Of a stretch of 56,082 nucleotides of DNA, positions 1-9,294 are shown piece by piece (positions within the stretch are counted from its first letter, which is position 1; every line of letters starts with the position of its first letter). The notes under the pieces are model-generated. The model saw only the letters and a list, made by a program, of their open reading frames with translations, made no database searches and was not told where the DNA came from. Source of the DNA: a virus (taxonomy: Duplodnaviria > Caudoviricetes); IMG/VR virus record IMGVR_UViG_3300031820_000004, positions 1-56,082 of that record, one strand, 5' to 3'. Both the position numbers and the translations under genes were made by a program.

Positions 1-910
1 TCGTTTCTGTTTGGATATGTTCCAAAGTTATCCATTCTGGATTCGTAACAACAAAAGCAGGTACTAGAATGCCATGCAAAAAATATAGATTTTCCACATC
101 GGATTCGTGCGCCGCATATTTTTCGTTGTGCAACCTTCTACCATTCTCCGTCTTTTCAACATGTACCGTTGGCTTTGCTACCCAATATAACGTGTCCTCT
201 GTCCAGTGGAGGATCCACGCCCCGGAGATGAAAGCCTCAAATAGTGGTTCTGACCATTGGCATACTTTCGCATCATTTCTCTGCATAGCGCCAAGAAATG
301 TTGTAACGAGCCAAGATAAATCGAACCTCCACCATTGCCCGCGATAAGCCTGAATGCACCAATTGGCGAATCGCTTAAGTGCGTCCCTTGCGTCCATTGC
401 GGATCTTGCATCCCTTGCATCCCTTGCGTCCCTTGCGGCCCATGCATCCCTTGCGTCCCTTGCGTCCATTGCGGATCTTGCATCCCTTGCATCCCTTGCG
501 TCCCTTGCGTCCCTTGCGTCCCTTGTATCCCTTGCGTCCCTTGCGTCCCATGCGGTCAAGGCGTCCATTGCGGCCCATGCATCCCTTGCGTCCCTTGCGT
601 CCATTGCGGATCTTGCATCCCTTGCATCCCTTGCGTCCATTGCGTCCATTGCGTCCATTGCGGACATTGCAGACGCAGCGTTCCTTGCGGATTGTGGATT
701 CCGTTTTGCGAAATCATCTAAAACCGCATTTACATATTTCAATAATGGAGGATGATCTTTGAGCTCCCATCCTTGTTCCAACCGAACGACGTTCCTGTCA
801 ATCCCTAGAGTTTTTAAATATTTTTTTAGACTTTTTTCGACAGCACGTTCATCTAATACGCCAGGATAATTACACGCTTCTGTGTACCGTTCTAAAGGAC
901 TCGCAGACAT
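1..910 (-). CDS. DUF6745-like repeat protein, copy 1, N-terminal part (continues across the window edge into 55865..56082)
   Basis: Not in the ORF track because it runs off the edge. ATG at 910 follows GGAGGG. The open frame reads [21 protein letters not shown]...(DAR/DAM/SAM)n...RFANWCIQ...RLHN...[10 protein letters not shown]...IQTET and is colinear with 53637..54977. Confidence 0.85.
   Translation of the reverse strand, partial: MSASPLERYTEACNYPGVLDERAVEKSLKKYLKTLGIDRNVVRLEQGWELKDHPPLLKYVNAVLDDFAKRNPQSARNAASAMSAMDAMDAMDARDARDARSAMDARDARDAWAAMDALTAWDARDARDTRDARDARDARDARDARSAMDARDARDAWAARDARDARDARSAMDARDALKRFANWCIQAYRGQWWRFDLSWLVTTFLGAMQRNDAKVCQWSEPLFEAFISGAWILHWTEDTLYWVAKPTVHVEKTENGRRLHNEKYAAHESDVENLYFLHGILVPAFVVTNPEWITLEHIQTET
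380..675. repeat. 9-nt tandem repeat (GCGTCCCTT/GCATCCCTT/GCGTCCATT) encoding DAR/DAM/SAM tripeptides on the - strand
   Basis: Directly visible 9-nt periodicity. Confidence 0.95.
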
Positions 911-929
911 AACACCCTCCAATTGTCAG

Positions 930-1271
930 TTAATCTTGCACTCGCCTAAGCATGTTGTGAGGACCAGCTTCCACTTGGACTCCTACTTCGATCGTTCCAG
1001 GTCGCAGCAAAACGATGCTGTGTTCCTCGTGAGACAGTTCGCCTTGGTCTAGCAATTGTATGTACCGTTCTGCGGAAGCATCGAATACAGGGATATCTGG
1101 TGACGTGATGCCTGAAGTTTTCCGTCGGAGTTGGTGTCGATGCCCTGTAGTTTCACCAAACGCTAACACCACTGCCTGTCCAAGCTGAACGACCAACGGA
1201 TTAGTGTCGGTTTTTCCTCTGTAGACCAGTAACACGTCGCCTTGCCTTAAAATATTTTCGTCGAGCTTCAT
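930..1271 (-). CDS. Small 'RQGDV' partner protein, copy 1
   Basis: Motifs LRQGDVLL, LAFGETTGHRH, LSHEEH. Paralog of 54997..55326 and 50409..50720. ATG at 1271 follows GGAAAGGA. Confidence 0.85.
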   Translation of the reverse strand: MKLDENILRQGDVLLVYRGKTDTNPLVVQLGQAVVLAFGETTGHRHQLRRKTSGITSPDIPVFDASAERYIQLLDQGELSHEEHSIVLLRPGTIEVGVQVEAGPHNMLRRVQD

Positions 1272-1342
1272 TTTGTTTCCTTTCCAGTTTCTGTGTGCGC
1301 TCAAAGGCGGCACGCTTCGCCTTGCTTCTGCGTGACTAATTC

Positions 1343-1621
1343 TCAAATTCTAGAAGACATGTCACCAAAGGCCCTCAGGCATCGAAGCTCCAAGAGTATG
1401 TCGCGAGCCTCTCGCTTCAGGCGAAGGAGCATGCGGGATGCGATATCGTGACCATGGATTGTCCTCAGCTCAGGGAAGACCTCTCGCTCATTCCGCGCCT
1501 GTGCTGACCAACCACGAGCGGTCCGCACGAGGTGTACCGCCAGACCGCTATGGTCGTGTGTAGCCACAAGTCCATCTTGGATGTCCCAGCCGTTCCTATT
1601 AAGATTTGAATGGTTTGTCAT
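1343..1621 (-). CDS. Hypothetical protein
   Basis: ORF with GAGG RBS directly downstream of the repeated promoter at 1633..1693. Confidence 0.75.
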   Translation of the reverse strand: MTNHSNLNRNGWDIQDGLVATHDHSGLAVHLVRTARGWSAQARNEREVFPELRTIHGHDIASRMLLRLKREARDILLELRCLRAFGDMSSRI

Positions 1622-1632
1622 TTTGATACCTC

Positions 1633-1693
1633 TTCAGTGCAGTTGATGTGAAGCATCTTAGTATAAATTTATTAGTATGTCAAATAATTTTTA
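1633..1693 (-). promoter_or_regulatory. Repeated early promoter/leader, copy A
   Basis: On the - strand: TTGACA (1683-1678), N17, TAAGAT (1660-1655), then leader CATCAACTGCACTGAA. Near-identical copies at 2233 and 55797. Confidence 0.85.
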
Positions 1694-1876
1694 GATGTCT
1701 TTGGGCAAATCAAGTGCCGTAAGAATCTCCGCACGTCTAACTTCAAACGTATGAAGGACTCTTTTATAACCTAAAGGTTTAGGTCCCGCGACTCTGAGGT
1801 CGTCTATGTAAAGACAATCACCTGCACGACTGGATACAACTTCTATTACGATAGCTTCATTCCCACGTTGGCCCAT
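1691..1876 (-). CDS. Small hypothetical protein, paralog of 50742..50927
   Basis: MGQRGNEA.V.EVVSSR.GDCLYIDDLRVAGPKP is shared with 50742..50927; GGAGGG RBS. Confidence 0.8.
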   Translation of the reverse strand: MGQRGNEAIVIEVVSSRAGDCLYIDDLRVAGPKPLGYKRVLHTFEVRRAEILTALDLPKDI

Positions 1877-1953
1877 TTTCCCTCCAGGGTTGCATCTTCA
1901 TATTTCAATTACGTACACCCGCAACACAACTCCCTGCCGCAATTGACCCTTGT

Positions 1954-2208
1954 TCAACTTCCTTTAGTGTGACGGAAGCCTCTATCCCAAGTGCCCATGT
2001 AGATTTTACGTTCGTTCCATATCATGACACGTAACACGTCGTCAGGGTTCTCTCGGTTATCACGGATTAGACCTACGCGAGCAAATGCCAGATTAAGCGC
2101 CTTCGCAACTACCTCAGCAGGCGAGTTAGCCTCAATCTCCACGTCGGCAGCATCCAACCACTTGTAAGGTGCTTTCGTGCCAAAAATCGTATAAAGGTAC
2201 TTAGCCAT
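1954..2208 (-). CDS. Hypothetical protein
   Basis: Start moved to MAKYLY (2208) after AAGGAG, because the longer ORF-track start overlaps the promoter. Confidence 0.7.
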   Translation of the reverse strand: MAKYLYTIFGTKAPYKWLDAADVEIEANSPAEVVAKALNLAFARVGLIRDNRENPDDVLRVMIWNERKIYMGTWDRGFRHTKGS

Positions 2209-2232
2209 GTTCGTATCTCCTTTAGTTAGTGG

Positions 2233-2293
2233 TTCAGTGCAGTTGATGTGTAACATATTAATGTTAATTTATTAGTCTGTCAAATAATTTTTA
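2233..2293 (-). promoter_or_regulatory. Repeated early promoter/leader, copy B
   Basis: TTGACA-N17-TAATAT plus the same CATCAACTGCACTGAA leader; exactly 600 bp from copy A. Confidence 0.85.
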
Positions 2294-2318
2294 GTCTAAC
2301 AAAATCCTTGTCTTGTCT

Positions 2319-4532
2319 TTACAAAATCCCCTTCTTGGGGTTAAGCCTCACAACCTTGTGCGCCCTCTCCAAAGGGGTCTCTAATCCCTCCAAAATCTCC
2401 TGCCGAGAGAAGTTCAGGTCCCGCTCATCGAGGTAGCTCCATACCCGTACGCGACGGACGCCCGAAGATCCGTAAATTTGGTTTTTGAATTCCACATACA
2501 GCTGATTCCCAGAAAATAATCTGCGAAACCCGCAATTGGCCATTCTATTTGGCAACGTCCCAGCGTCATACCTATGCTCTTGAATCTCAGGATTCTCTAA
2601 TCGAAATAGTACGAACAGTTCGAGATACCCAAAATACGGCCGACTCAAATCTCGGGACTCCAGCAAGTCTTCCAGCCACACATTGAGGACATCCCCCACG
2701 CCTTCGCGATAGGATAGCTTAGTGTTGGTCGCGGGAGCATCGCCCTGAGGCGCATACCCTTGCTCGGAGTACTTCTCTCGGGCGTGCCATAGCAACGGTG
2801 CGCCTCCATGCTCCTGGAACATTCGATATATCGCGGTCAAACGATGCTCGTCCCGAATCGAGGATTTCCCTGGTCTGTGAGAAGCCTCTCTTCGCTCCAA
2901 ACCTGCCGTACCAAAGGAAAACGCATTAGCTGTGAGATAGTAGTTGATGTGGTTCTCGTCGAACTCTATGGGATGCAAGCCTTTCCGCTCCACGGTTAGC
3001 GAGGTATCCGTCACAGCGCTCTTCAAGTGCTCATAAAATTTTCTAGCCCCTCCCACAACCAACTCATCTCCCCATAGGAAACTGACCGCATAATCACAAT
3101 AGTTGAACCGCGAGTTATCGCCTCCGATATCGGACTGCCGCAAATGCCTGCCGTGCACTCCATATACAAACTCCAGCAATATTTTAGCGATGAGGTCCTT
3201 TCCAATCCCCTGGAGCTTGGAAACCACAAACATATATTGAGCCAGTTTCGCGCCCGGAAATTTAAGGGGATAGAATAGGAAATGCTCCACAAATTCCCGC
3301 ATGACAGGCTCATCTTGGAACACGTTGTCCAGCAACCAAAAATATTCGCCCAGCATGTGCTCTCGAATTTCTTGGGGCGGCAACTTCACCAAAGCCTTGG
3401 CGCCTAGGTATTCAGCCCGCCAACCTGTCCACAAATTAACCAAGAGCTCGTCGCCTTCCTCCACCAGCTTACCCGCACCCGGGCGGTAAATCATCCTAGA
3501 GGCATTCTTGGCCCCCGCCCAAGAAATAAGCGCCTCGGATATTGGTACTGCATCCATACGCATGACGGGGAGATCGTTAGCCTTCCTGGAATTCGCCAAT
3601 ACAGGATATGCAATTTTCTCCAGGTGCAAATGCCTGTCCAACAATTTCGCTGGAATAGGAACCACGCGAGTATGCGCCTCGTCCAAAGGCACAAAACAGT
3701 CATGCGAGGGAACAAATACATACCTCTGACGTAAATCCAACAAGCGAGAAGCTGTCCCGTGAACAATCGAGTGAGACGCGATGTGTGCCAGCAATTTCTC
3801 CACCCCCTGGGTCAGCAAGAAGTCGTCCAAGCCAGTCTTCCCAGAGGGCTCTAGGCAGGGCAGGACGCACAATCTAGGGATGGCCCCACGAGCCAATAGC
3901 CAGTTCATAAGACGCTGCAATGCTCCAGCCACAGAATCTTTCAGTCCCATGGGAGAGTCCGTGTCAAACACAGGAGTTACCACGCGTTTTGCCCATACGA
4001 AATCCTCTAGCGGAGGCAAGCTCGAAACTCCTTTGGGGCGAGATGCCAGCATATCCACACCCCCCAGAGCCAAGGTAGGCAGGCCGTAAACAGAACACGC
4101 ACACAAACTTTTTCCCTCACCTTCCGTGATAAATAATTGTATGTTAGAGTCTTCCGAGACATGTCGCCAAGTGCGCATGCGGGATTCCCCCTCCAGATGG
4201 CGCATAATTCTAGGTAGATACACCCTATTTAGACTTCCAGGAGGTTGATCATATTTGCGCCAGGCATGGGAGTCCACTTGAGCATTGAACCCATCGGAAG
4301 GAGTCGTCAAGTATCTAACACGATGAAATTCATCCACACTTATTAGCTTGTCATCTAAGTCCCGATACCTAAAAAGTAAGGCTGGGAGTCTCATATAATG
4401 AGAACATATCTCTTGTGCATTTTCCATATAGGAAACATCACAAGACAAAGCTTGTTCCTCGTTAAGCCCATAAGTTTTTAATCGATCAAGCGCTAGTTGC
4501 GGGAAGAAAGGTCCCTTACGCGATCTAGTCAT
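2319..4532 (-). CDS. Primase-helicase (TOPRIM/DUF3854-like N-terminus plus SF3-type helicase)
   Basis: TOPRIM-like ITEGEGK, VFDTD and KTGLDDFL; Walker A QGIGKD, Walker B WGDE, motif C LTAN. Confidence 0.8.
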   Translation of the reverse strand: MTRSRKGPFFPQLALDRLKTYGLNEEQALSCDVSYMENAQEICSHYMRLPALLFRYRDLDDKLISVDEFHRVRYLTTPSDGFNAQVDSHAWRKYDQPPGSLNRVYLPRIMRHLEGESRMRTWRHVSEDSNIQLFITEGEGKSLCACSVYGLPTLALGGVDMLASRPKGVSSLPPLEDFVWAKRVVTPVFDTDSPMGLKDSVAGALQRLMNWLLARGAIPRLCVLPCLEPSGKTGLDDFLLTQGVEKLLAHIASHSIVHGTASRLLDLRQRYVFVPSHDCFVPLDEAHTRVVPIPAKLLDRHLHLEKIAYPVLANSRKANDLPVMRMDAVPISEALISWAGAKNASRMIYRPGAGKLVEEGDELLVNLWTGWRAEYLGAKALVKLPPQEIREHMLGEYFWLLDNVFQDEPVMREFVEHFLFYPLKFPGAKLAQYMFVVSKLQGIGKDLIAKILLEFVYGVHGRHLRQSDIGGDNSRFNYCDYAVSFLWGDELVVGGARKFYEHLKSAVTDTSLTVERKGLHPIEFDENHINYYLTANAFSFGTAGLERREASHRPGKSSIRDEHRLTAIYRMFQEHGGAPLLWHAREKYSEQGYAPQGDAPATNTKLSYREGVGDVLNVWLEDLLESRDLSRPYFGYLELFVLFRLENPEIQEHRYDAGTLPNRMANCGFRRLFSGNQLYVEFKNQIYGSSGVRRVRVWSYLDERDLNFSRQEILEGLETPLERAHKVVRLNPKKGIL

Positions 4533-4998
4533 TTGAAGAATTCTCCTGTTTGGCTCGATAAAGTTTTTCCAATTTCGGAGCAGCGAGATTTATCACTTCG
4601 ATCAAAACCTGTCCAATTCTCGCACCTAACCGGAGGGTCTCAGAGCTCAAAAGAGGACGATGTGAAGGGAGAGTTTTGTACTCAGGATGCGTTTCGAGGA
4701 ACTTTGAAAGCATTATTTCGTCAACGCGGGCTTCTGAAACCTCAGGTAAAGAGAAGAGTTTTAACGCTAACCAACGTCTTTCGGGGTCGCTTAGACCATT
4801 TTTACAGTACTCTTGGGCCAAATTTCGCAACTCTTTCTTGGTCACTTTGGGCTTACTTTTCACGATTGGGCAACTCAGTTGGTCAGCGAGCGAGTGGAGA
4901 ATGGCCCGAAGTTGGGGGGTCATAACGACCCTTTCTATGGCGGCTTCCCCAGTTGCGAGCTTAAATGTGTCGGTAATTTTGAAGGAACGTTTCCTCAT
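4525..4998 (-). CDS. Hypothetical protein, possibly DNA-binding
   Basis: 157 aa basic ORF whose end overlaps the primase start; preceded by a promoter. Confidence 0.6.
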   Translation of the reverse strand: MRKRSFKITDTFKLATGEAAIERVVMTPQLRAILHSLADQLSCPIVKSKPKVTKKELRNLAQEYCKNGLSDPERRWLALKLFSLPEVSEARVDEIMLSKFLETHPEYKTLPSHRPLLSSETLRLGARIGQVLIEVINLAAPKLEKLYRAKQENSSND

Positions 4999-5041
4999 AA
5001 AATCAAGTCCTTATGTAGTTAAATTGGAAAAACGTTTCATA

Positions 5042-5070
5042 AGTATACGCATAGTAAACTTAGAAGTAAA
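5042..5070 (-). promoter_or_regulatory. sigma70-like promoter for the primase operon
   Basis: TTTACT-N17-TATACT in the AT-rich region where strand orientation switches. Confidence 0.6.
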
Positions 5071-5275
5071 GCCTTTAAAACGTTTAAATGTCGGATTTCA
5101 CTCACCCCCACCCAGACCCCCCCTATTCCCTATTGACTCTATATGCTAAATTTATAGATAATGTGGATTCTTATTTAATATATATATTAATCGGAGTTGT
5201 CATTCTAGATGATTGATTGAGTAGGTGAGATAGAAAAAATAATTTCAAAAAATTCTTGACACAGCTCGAAAAATC

Positions 5276-5929
5276 GTGGATAACTGCGGAATTCCCCAAC
5301 CGCCCAGAGGCTGCGATGTGGCAAAACACTCACCCCGACCCGGTCGCCCCCCGGCAATGGGGGGGAATTTGCCCCACGCCGACAGCCCTAGCCCGTTCCA
5401 CGCCGACAGCTCCAGCCCGTCCTATGCCAGCTCTAGCCCGTCCTCCGTCGGTAGCCCTAGCCCGTTCCACGCCGACAGCTCTAGCCCGTCCTCTGCCAGC
5501 TCTAGCCCGTCCTCCGTCGGTAGCCCTAGCCCGTTCCACGCCGACAGCTCTAGCCCGTCCTCTGCAGGCCTTGGAGCGTTCGCTGTCGAGCTCATGGAGG
5601 GCGAACTCGCGAAAGCCCGAGCTGGGACAATCGACACAGGGGATCCCGCCCTCGACGCCCAATGGGTCCGTGCTAGTGGGGTCACCCCGCTGGAGTTCCT
5701 CTGCACAGCCTACCGAAACCCGGCGGTTCGCATGACTGACCGGATCAGTGCTGCCAAGCAAGTGCTTGATTTTGCGCACAAACGTTTGCCGCAATCGCTG
5801 ACTCTCCAAGGGGACCCTGTGGCCCCTCTCCTGGGGCGATTGGGACCTGCAAGCTTGGAAGCGCTCAGTGACGAAGAACTGGATGTGTTCAGAAAAATAT
5901 TAGAAAAAATGAATGCCTCAGGAAGTTAG
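5276..5929 (+). CDS. terS: Probable terminase small subunit (start uncertain: 5276, 5357 or 5594)
   Basis: Directly upstream of TerL. C-terminal TPLEFL...DRISAAKQVLDFAHKRL and LEALSDEEL resemble phage small-terminase-like proteins. Confidence 0.55.
   Translation: MDNCGIPQPPRGCDVAKHSPRPGRPPAMGGNLPHADSPSPFHADSSSPSYASSSPSSVGSPSPFHADSSSPSSASSSPSSVGSPSPFHADSSSPSSAGLGAFAVELMEGELAKARAGTIDTGDPALDAQWVRASGVTPLEFLCTAYRNPAVRMTDRISAAKQVLDFAHKRLPQSLTLQGDPVAPLLGRLGPASLEALSDEELDVFRKILEKMNASGS
5384..5566 (+). repeat. 69-bp tandem repeat (~2.6 copies) built from AGCYCYAGCCCGT sub-units
   Basis: Units start at 5384, 5453 and 5522; each encodes SPSPFHADSSSPSSASSSPSSVG. Confidence 0.9.
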
Positions 5930-6065
5930 TTGTCGTTGTTATATTGGGCACCCCTTAGCTGTCGTTGTTAGATTAGTAACCAGTTAGCTGTCGTTGTTAA
6001 TCTTGACAACAGTTAGCTGTAAGGTTAGACTCGTAATCAGTTATGTGTTAAGTCATCGTTGTTAA
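5926..6065 (+). repeat. 29-bp-period direct repeat array (TTAGCTGTCGTTGTTA) between terS and terL
   Basis: Copies at 5926, 5955 and 5984, a degenerate copy at 6013, and further decayed copies to ~6065. Confidence 0.85.
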
Positions 6066-6101
6066 GTTAATCAGCCCTTAGTTTAGGTCAGTCATCATTG
6101 C

Positions 6102-8075
6102 ATGTTAAACCTCAGTGCCCAGGAACTTAACAACTTGACCTCCGCTGTGCAAAGGGAGCGTGCACGGAGGCAGGAAAAAACTTTACATGGGTTCTCCCGT
6201 CGTTACTGGCATGTCGTGGAGGGCGCAAAACTTTTTTTGGACAACTGGCATCTTGGGGCCATACACGAACATCTCGAAGCTTGTGCAAGGCGTCAGATAC
6301 GTAGGCTCATCATTAACATCCCTCCTAGATCGATGAAAAGCACTTCCACGGCTGTGATGTATCTGCCCTGGATGTGGGGACCTTTCGGGCACCCTGAAGA
6401 GCGATTCGTTTACACATCGTACTCGGGCATGCTGAGTGCGAGAGATTCTCGAAGTTCTCGGCACATAATTCGCTCTGCGGAGTATCAAGCCGCTTGGGGC
6501 GACGTTTTCCAGATACGTAAGACCGATCAGGATAGTTCCATCCGCTTCGCTAATGACAGGACGGGCTTCCGCCTTGCCACGTCGACAGGAGGAACCCTCA
6601 CTGGCGAAGGAGGGTCTTGTTTAGCGACGGGAACGCGAGTCTCCACGCCCAGAGGTAGGATCTGCATAGAGTATTTGCGGAAAGGAGATGTGGTATACGG
6701 GTATGATGTATCGAGGGCGCTGAAGGTGGAGTGTGAAGTATCCGCGATTTTCACCACGACAACAAAATGTCTGTATGAGGTGCATACGACTAAGGGAAAT
6801 ACTTTCCGCTGTACTGCGGACCATAAAATTTACGTGAAAAGGCGTGGATATGTCAGAACAGACTCTCTCAGACCCAGGGATATTCTCATTGCAGAAGATG
6901 GGTCGGAGGATTCTATCATTTTCAGCATGAGGAAGCATAATAACGATTTTGATGTCGACTATGTGCATGACATCCAGGTAAAGGGACGTCACAATTATTT
7001 CGCGGAAAATGTCCTCGTCCATAACTGCCTCATCTGTGATGATCCTCTGAGTGCGAATGATTCACAGTCTGATGTGGTTCGGGAATCTGTAATCGATTGG
7101 TACAGAAATGTGTTTAGCACCCGACTCAATGACCCTAGAAAAGACATAGAAATAATTGTCATGCAGCGATTGCACGAGCGAGACTTGTCTGGATATGTCT
7201 TGGCAGAGGTCGGAGGCTTCGAACATGTTTGCTTGCCCATGGAGTGGGATGGTGTTACACGCAGCACGAAATTGGGAAGCTATGATCCTCGTTCCACGCC
7301 TGGCGAATTGTTGTGGCCAGAACGTTTCCCGCAAACGGAAGTGGATTTACTCAAACGGAAGCTAGGCAGTTACGGGACTGCGGGGCAACTTCAGCAAAAA
7401 CCCGCTCCTGAGGACGGAGGATTGATTCACATCTCAGATTTTCAGTTGTGGCCTGCCAGCTCCCCTCTCCCCATTTTCAGCTATGTGATACAGTCCCTTG
7501 ACACAGCGTTTACGAATGCTACAGCGAATGACCCTACAGGCTTCTTGACGCTTGGCGTCTTCGAGTATAGAGGCAGGTCTGGGGTTATGATCCTTGACGC
7601 ATGGGAAGAGCGCTTGGAGTATCCGGAACTACGTCGTCGTGTGCAGGATGAGTTCCTCGCTGTCTATGGCGAGGAAAAAGGGGGTCAACGCAATGTGGAT
7701 TGTGTGTTGATCGAAGAAAAGGGGTCTGGTATTTCCTTGAGACAGGATTTGCAGAGAGCTGGTGTACCTACCCGAGCTTACAATCCAGGAAAGTTGGATA
7801 AAAAGCAGCGTGTTCATCTCGTGGCACCGCTCATCGAAGCGGGATTGCTCTGGGTCCCTGAGTCGACTAAGCGCCCCAAAGAATTCGTCAGCTGGATTGA
7901 TTGGGCGGTCAAACAATGGAAGCTGTTTCCTAATGCACAGAATGATGAGGCTGTGGATTGTTTGACACAGGCAATGATATACTTACATGATTCCGGGTGG
8001 ATTTCCATAGATGCGAGGGAAGAGGAAAGCGAACTTGATGAGGTTCGTAGAGTGATTAATCCTTATAGCAACTGA
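6102..8075 (+). CDS. terL: Terminase large subunit containing a mini-intein
   Basis: INIPPRSMKS Walker A, LICDDP Walker B, IVMQRLH motif III; nuclease domain SLDTA, IEEKGSG, NDEAVD. Confidence 0.95.
   Translation: MLNLSAQELNNLTSAVQRERARRQEKTLHGFSRRYWHVVEGAKLFLDNWHLGAIHEHLEACARRQIRRLIINIPPRSMKSTSTAVMYLPWMWGPFGHPEERFVYTSYSGMLSARDSRSSRHIIRSAEYQAAWGDVFQIRKTDQDSSIRFANDRTGFRLATSTGGTLTGEGGSCLATGTRVSTPRGRICIEYLRKGDVVYGYDVSRALKVECEVSAIFTTTTKCLYEVHTTKGNTFRCTADHKIYVKRRGYVRTDSLRPRDILIAEDGSEDSIIFSMRKHNNDFDVDYVHDIQVKGRHNYFAENVLVHNCLICDDPLSANDSQSDVVRESVIDWYRNVFSTRLNDPRKDIEIIVMQRLHERDLSGYVLAEVGGFEHVCLPMEWDGVTRSTKLGSYDPRSTPGELLWPERFPQTEVDLLKRKLGSYGTAGQLQQKPAPEDGGLIHISDFQLWPASSPLPIFSYVIQSLDTAFTNATANDPTGFLTLGVFEYRGRSGVMILDAWEERLEYPELRRRVQDEFLAVYGEEKGGQRNVDCVLIEEKGSGISLRQDLQRAGVPTRAYNPGKLDKKQRVHLVAPLIEAGLLWVPESTKRPKEFVSWIDWAVKQWKLFPNAQNDEAVDCLTQAMIYLHDSGWISIDAREEESELDEVRRVINPYSN
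6618..7025 (+). mobile_element. Mini-intein (136 aa, no endonuclease domain) in TerL
   Basis: Block A CLATGTRV, block B TADH, block F VHDIQV, block G NVLVHN followed by +1 Cys. Removal restores TGEGGS-CLICDDP. Confidence 0.93.
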
Positions 8076-8216
8076 CCACAGAAAGGCTGGATGATTCCAT
8101 GGGTACAGTAACAGGGATGCGGGAATACAAAATCTTGAAAGATAGTCAGAAAAGTATTGTATTAGAGCTCTCCTGGCTTTCGGGCTGGATGGCGGTGTAT
8201 TTGGGGGCTTTGTGGC

Positions 8217-9287
8217 TTGTCTTATGGTGCGTCCGTGCATAAGTCTCCTCAAGGTGCTCTTACGAGATTAGTTGAGCCCGATGTGATAGAAGCCTTGTTC
8301 GGTCCGTCGGACGAGTGGAATGCGTCTAAGGCTGCGTGGGATGCCGCGCATGGCCATGCTGATGGGGGCTCTGTAGAGGGGTTCAGACACCTTCCTAGTC
8401 ATAAGCATGTTCCTTCACACCAATCTGGGTTCACCCGATTGCAAAGTAGTGTCCCTGGTCCTGATATGGCCGACGGAGGGGCTGTTCCGGCACCGCTTAC
8501 CTTGGAAGAGTTAAGGGCTCAGCTGGCAGCAGTCGAACGTAGTGGATATTATCCTTGGAACTGGAGTGATGCAGCGCGGGATAAGCTAGCACAACAGCGG
8601 CAGGCGCTCAGGCAGAGGATTGCGGGGGCTATGCCCATAGAGGTAAGTTCCACGTGGAACAATCGGCCGGGATACGCCTCTGGAGGTGGAATCTCGCCTG
8701 ATGTGGTGCGTGCTGTGATGATGACGGAATCCGGCGGGAACCCTAAGGCTGTCTCGCCTAAGGGTGCCTTGGGGCTAATGCAGTTGATGCCTGCCACTGC
8801 TAGGGATTTAGGCGTCGATCCTTTGGATCCTGAGCAGGCATTGGCGGGAGGAAGAAAGTATCTGGAGCAAATGCTGAGCATGTTCGGGAATCTTCCTGCG
8901 GCATTAGCGGCTTATAACATGGGTCCTGGAGCCTTGAAGAAGCGAGGCATGAATGATTTACCTCAGGAGACGAAAGCCTACGTAGCTAAGGTCCTAGCTC
9001 GCTTAGGGAAAGCCGAACAGAAGGAGCCTGATACGCTCGTGAGCCAACCTCACAATGCAGCATCTCCTGATGCCCCTCCGGAACCTGTAGGGGGTATTGG
9101 GAGCGAGGCTGCTGTGCCCGCTGAAGATGCCGCGCTAAGTGAGGGGGCTGCTATGCCTATGATGGCTGCGGGAATGGGCAGGGCTGCGCCTAGATTGTCG
9201 GCTCCTCCCGCAATTGGGGATGGAAGTTCCCCCGTGGCTAAAGTGGCTGAGCTGCTCAGAGACCCTATGAGTCTATCGAGAGGTTGA
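8217..9287 (+). CDS. Virion-associated lytic transglycosylase (SLT domain)
   Basis: ESGGNPKAVSPKGALGLMQLMPAT and AAYNMG motifs. Confidence 0.88.
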   Translation: MSYGASVHKSPQGALTRLVEPDVIEALFGPSDEWNASKAAWDAAHGHADGGSVEGFRHLPSHKHVPSHQSGFTRLQSSVPGPDMADGGAVPAPLTLEELRAQLAAVERSGYYPWNWSDAARDKLAQQRQALRQRIAGAMPIEVSSTWNNRPGYASGGGISPDVVRAVMMTESGGNPKAVSPKGALGLMQLMPATARDLGVDPLDPEQALAGGRKYLEQMLSMFGNLPAALAAYNMGPGALKKRGMNDLPQETKAYVAKVLARLGKAEQKEPDTLVSQPHNAASPDAPPEPVGGIGSEAAVPAEDAALSEGAAMPMMAAGMGRAAPRLSAPPAIGDGSSPVAKVAELLRDPMSLSRG

Positions 9288-9294
9288 TTACATA

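Noticed and set aside
335-762. Cys/Pro-, Arg/Pro- and Ala/Ser-rich ORFs in other frames over the 9-nt arrays (also 54056..54979)
   Set aside because: Stop-free shadows of the tandem repeat. Only the - strand DAR frame has an RBS and conserved flanking domains.
5926-6065. CRISPR mini-array
   Set aside because: 16-nt repeats with 13-nt spacers are too short and there is no cas operon. The Cas4-like gene sits in the replication module as a typical phage exonuclease.
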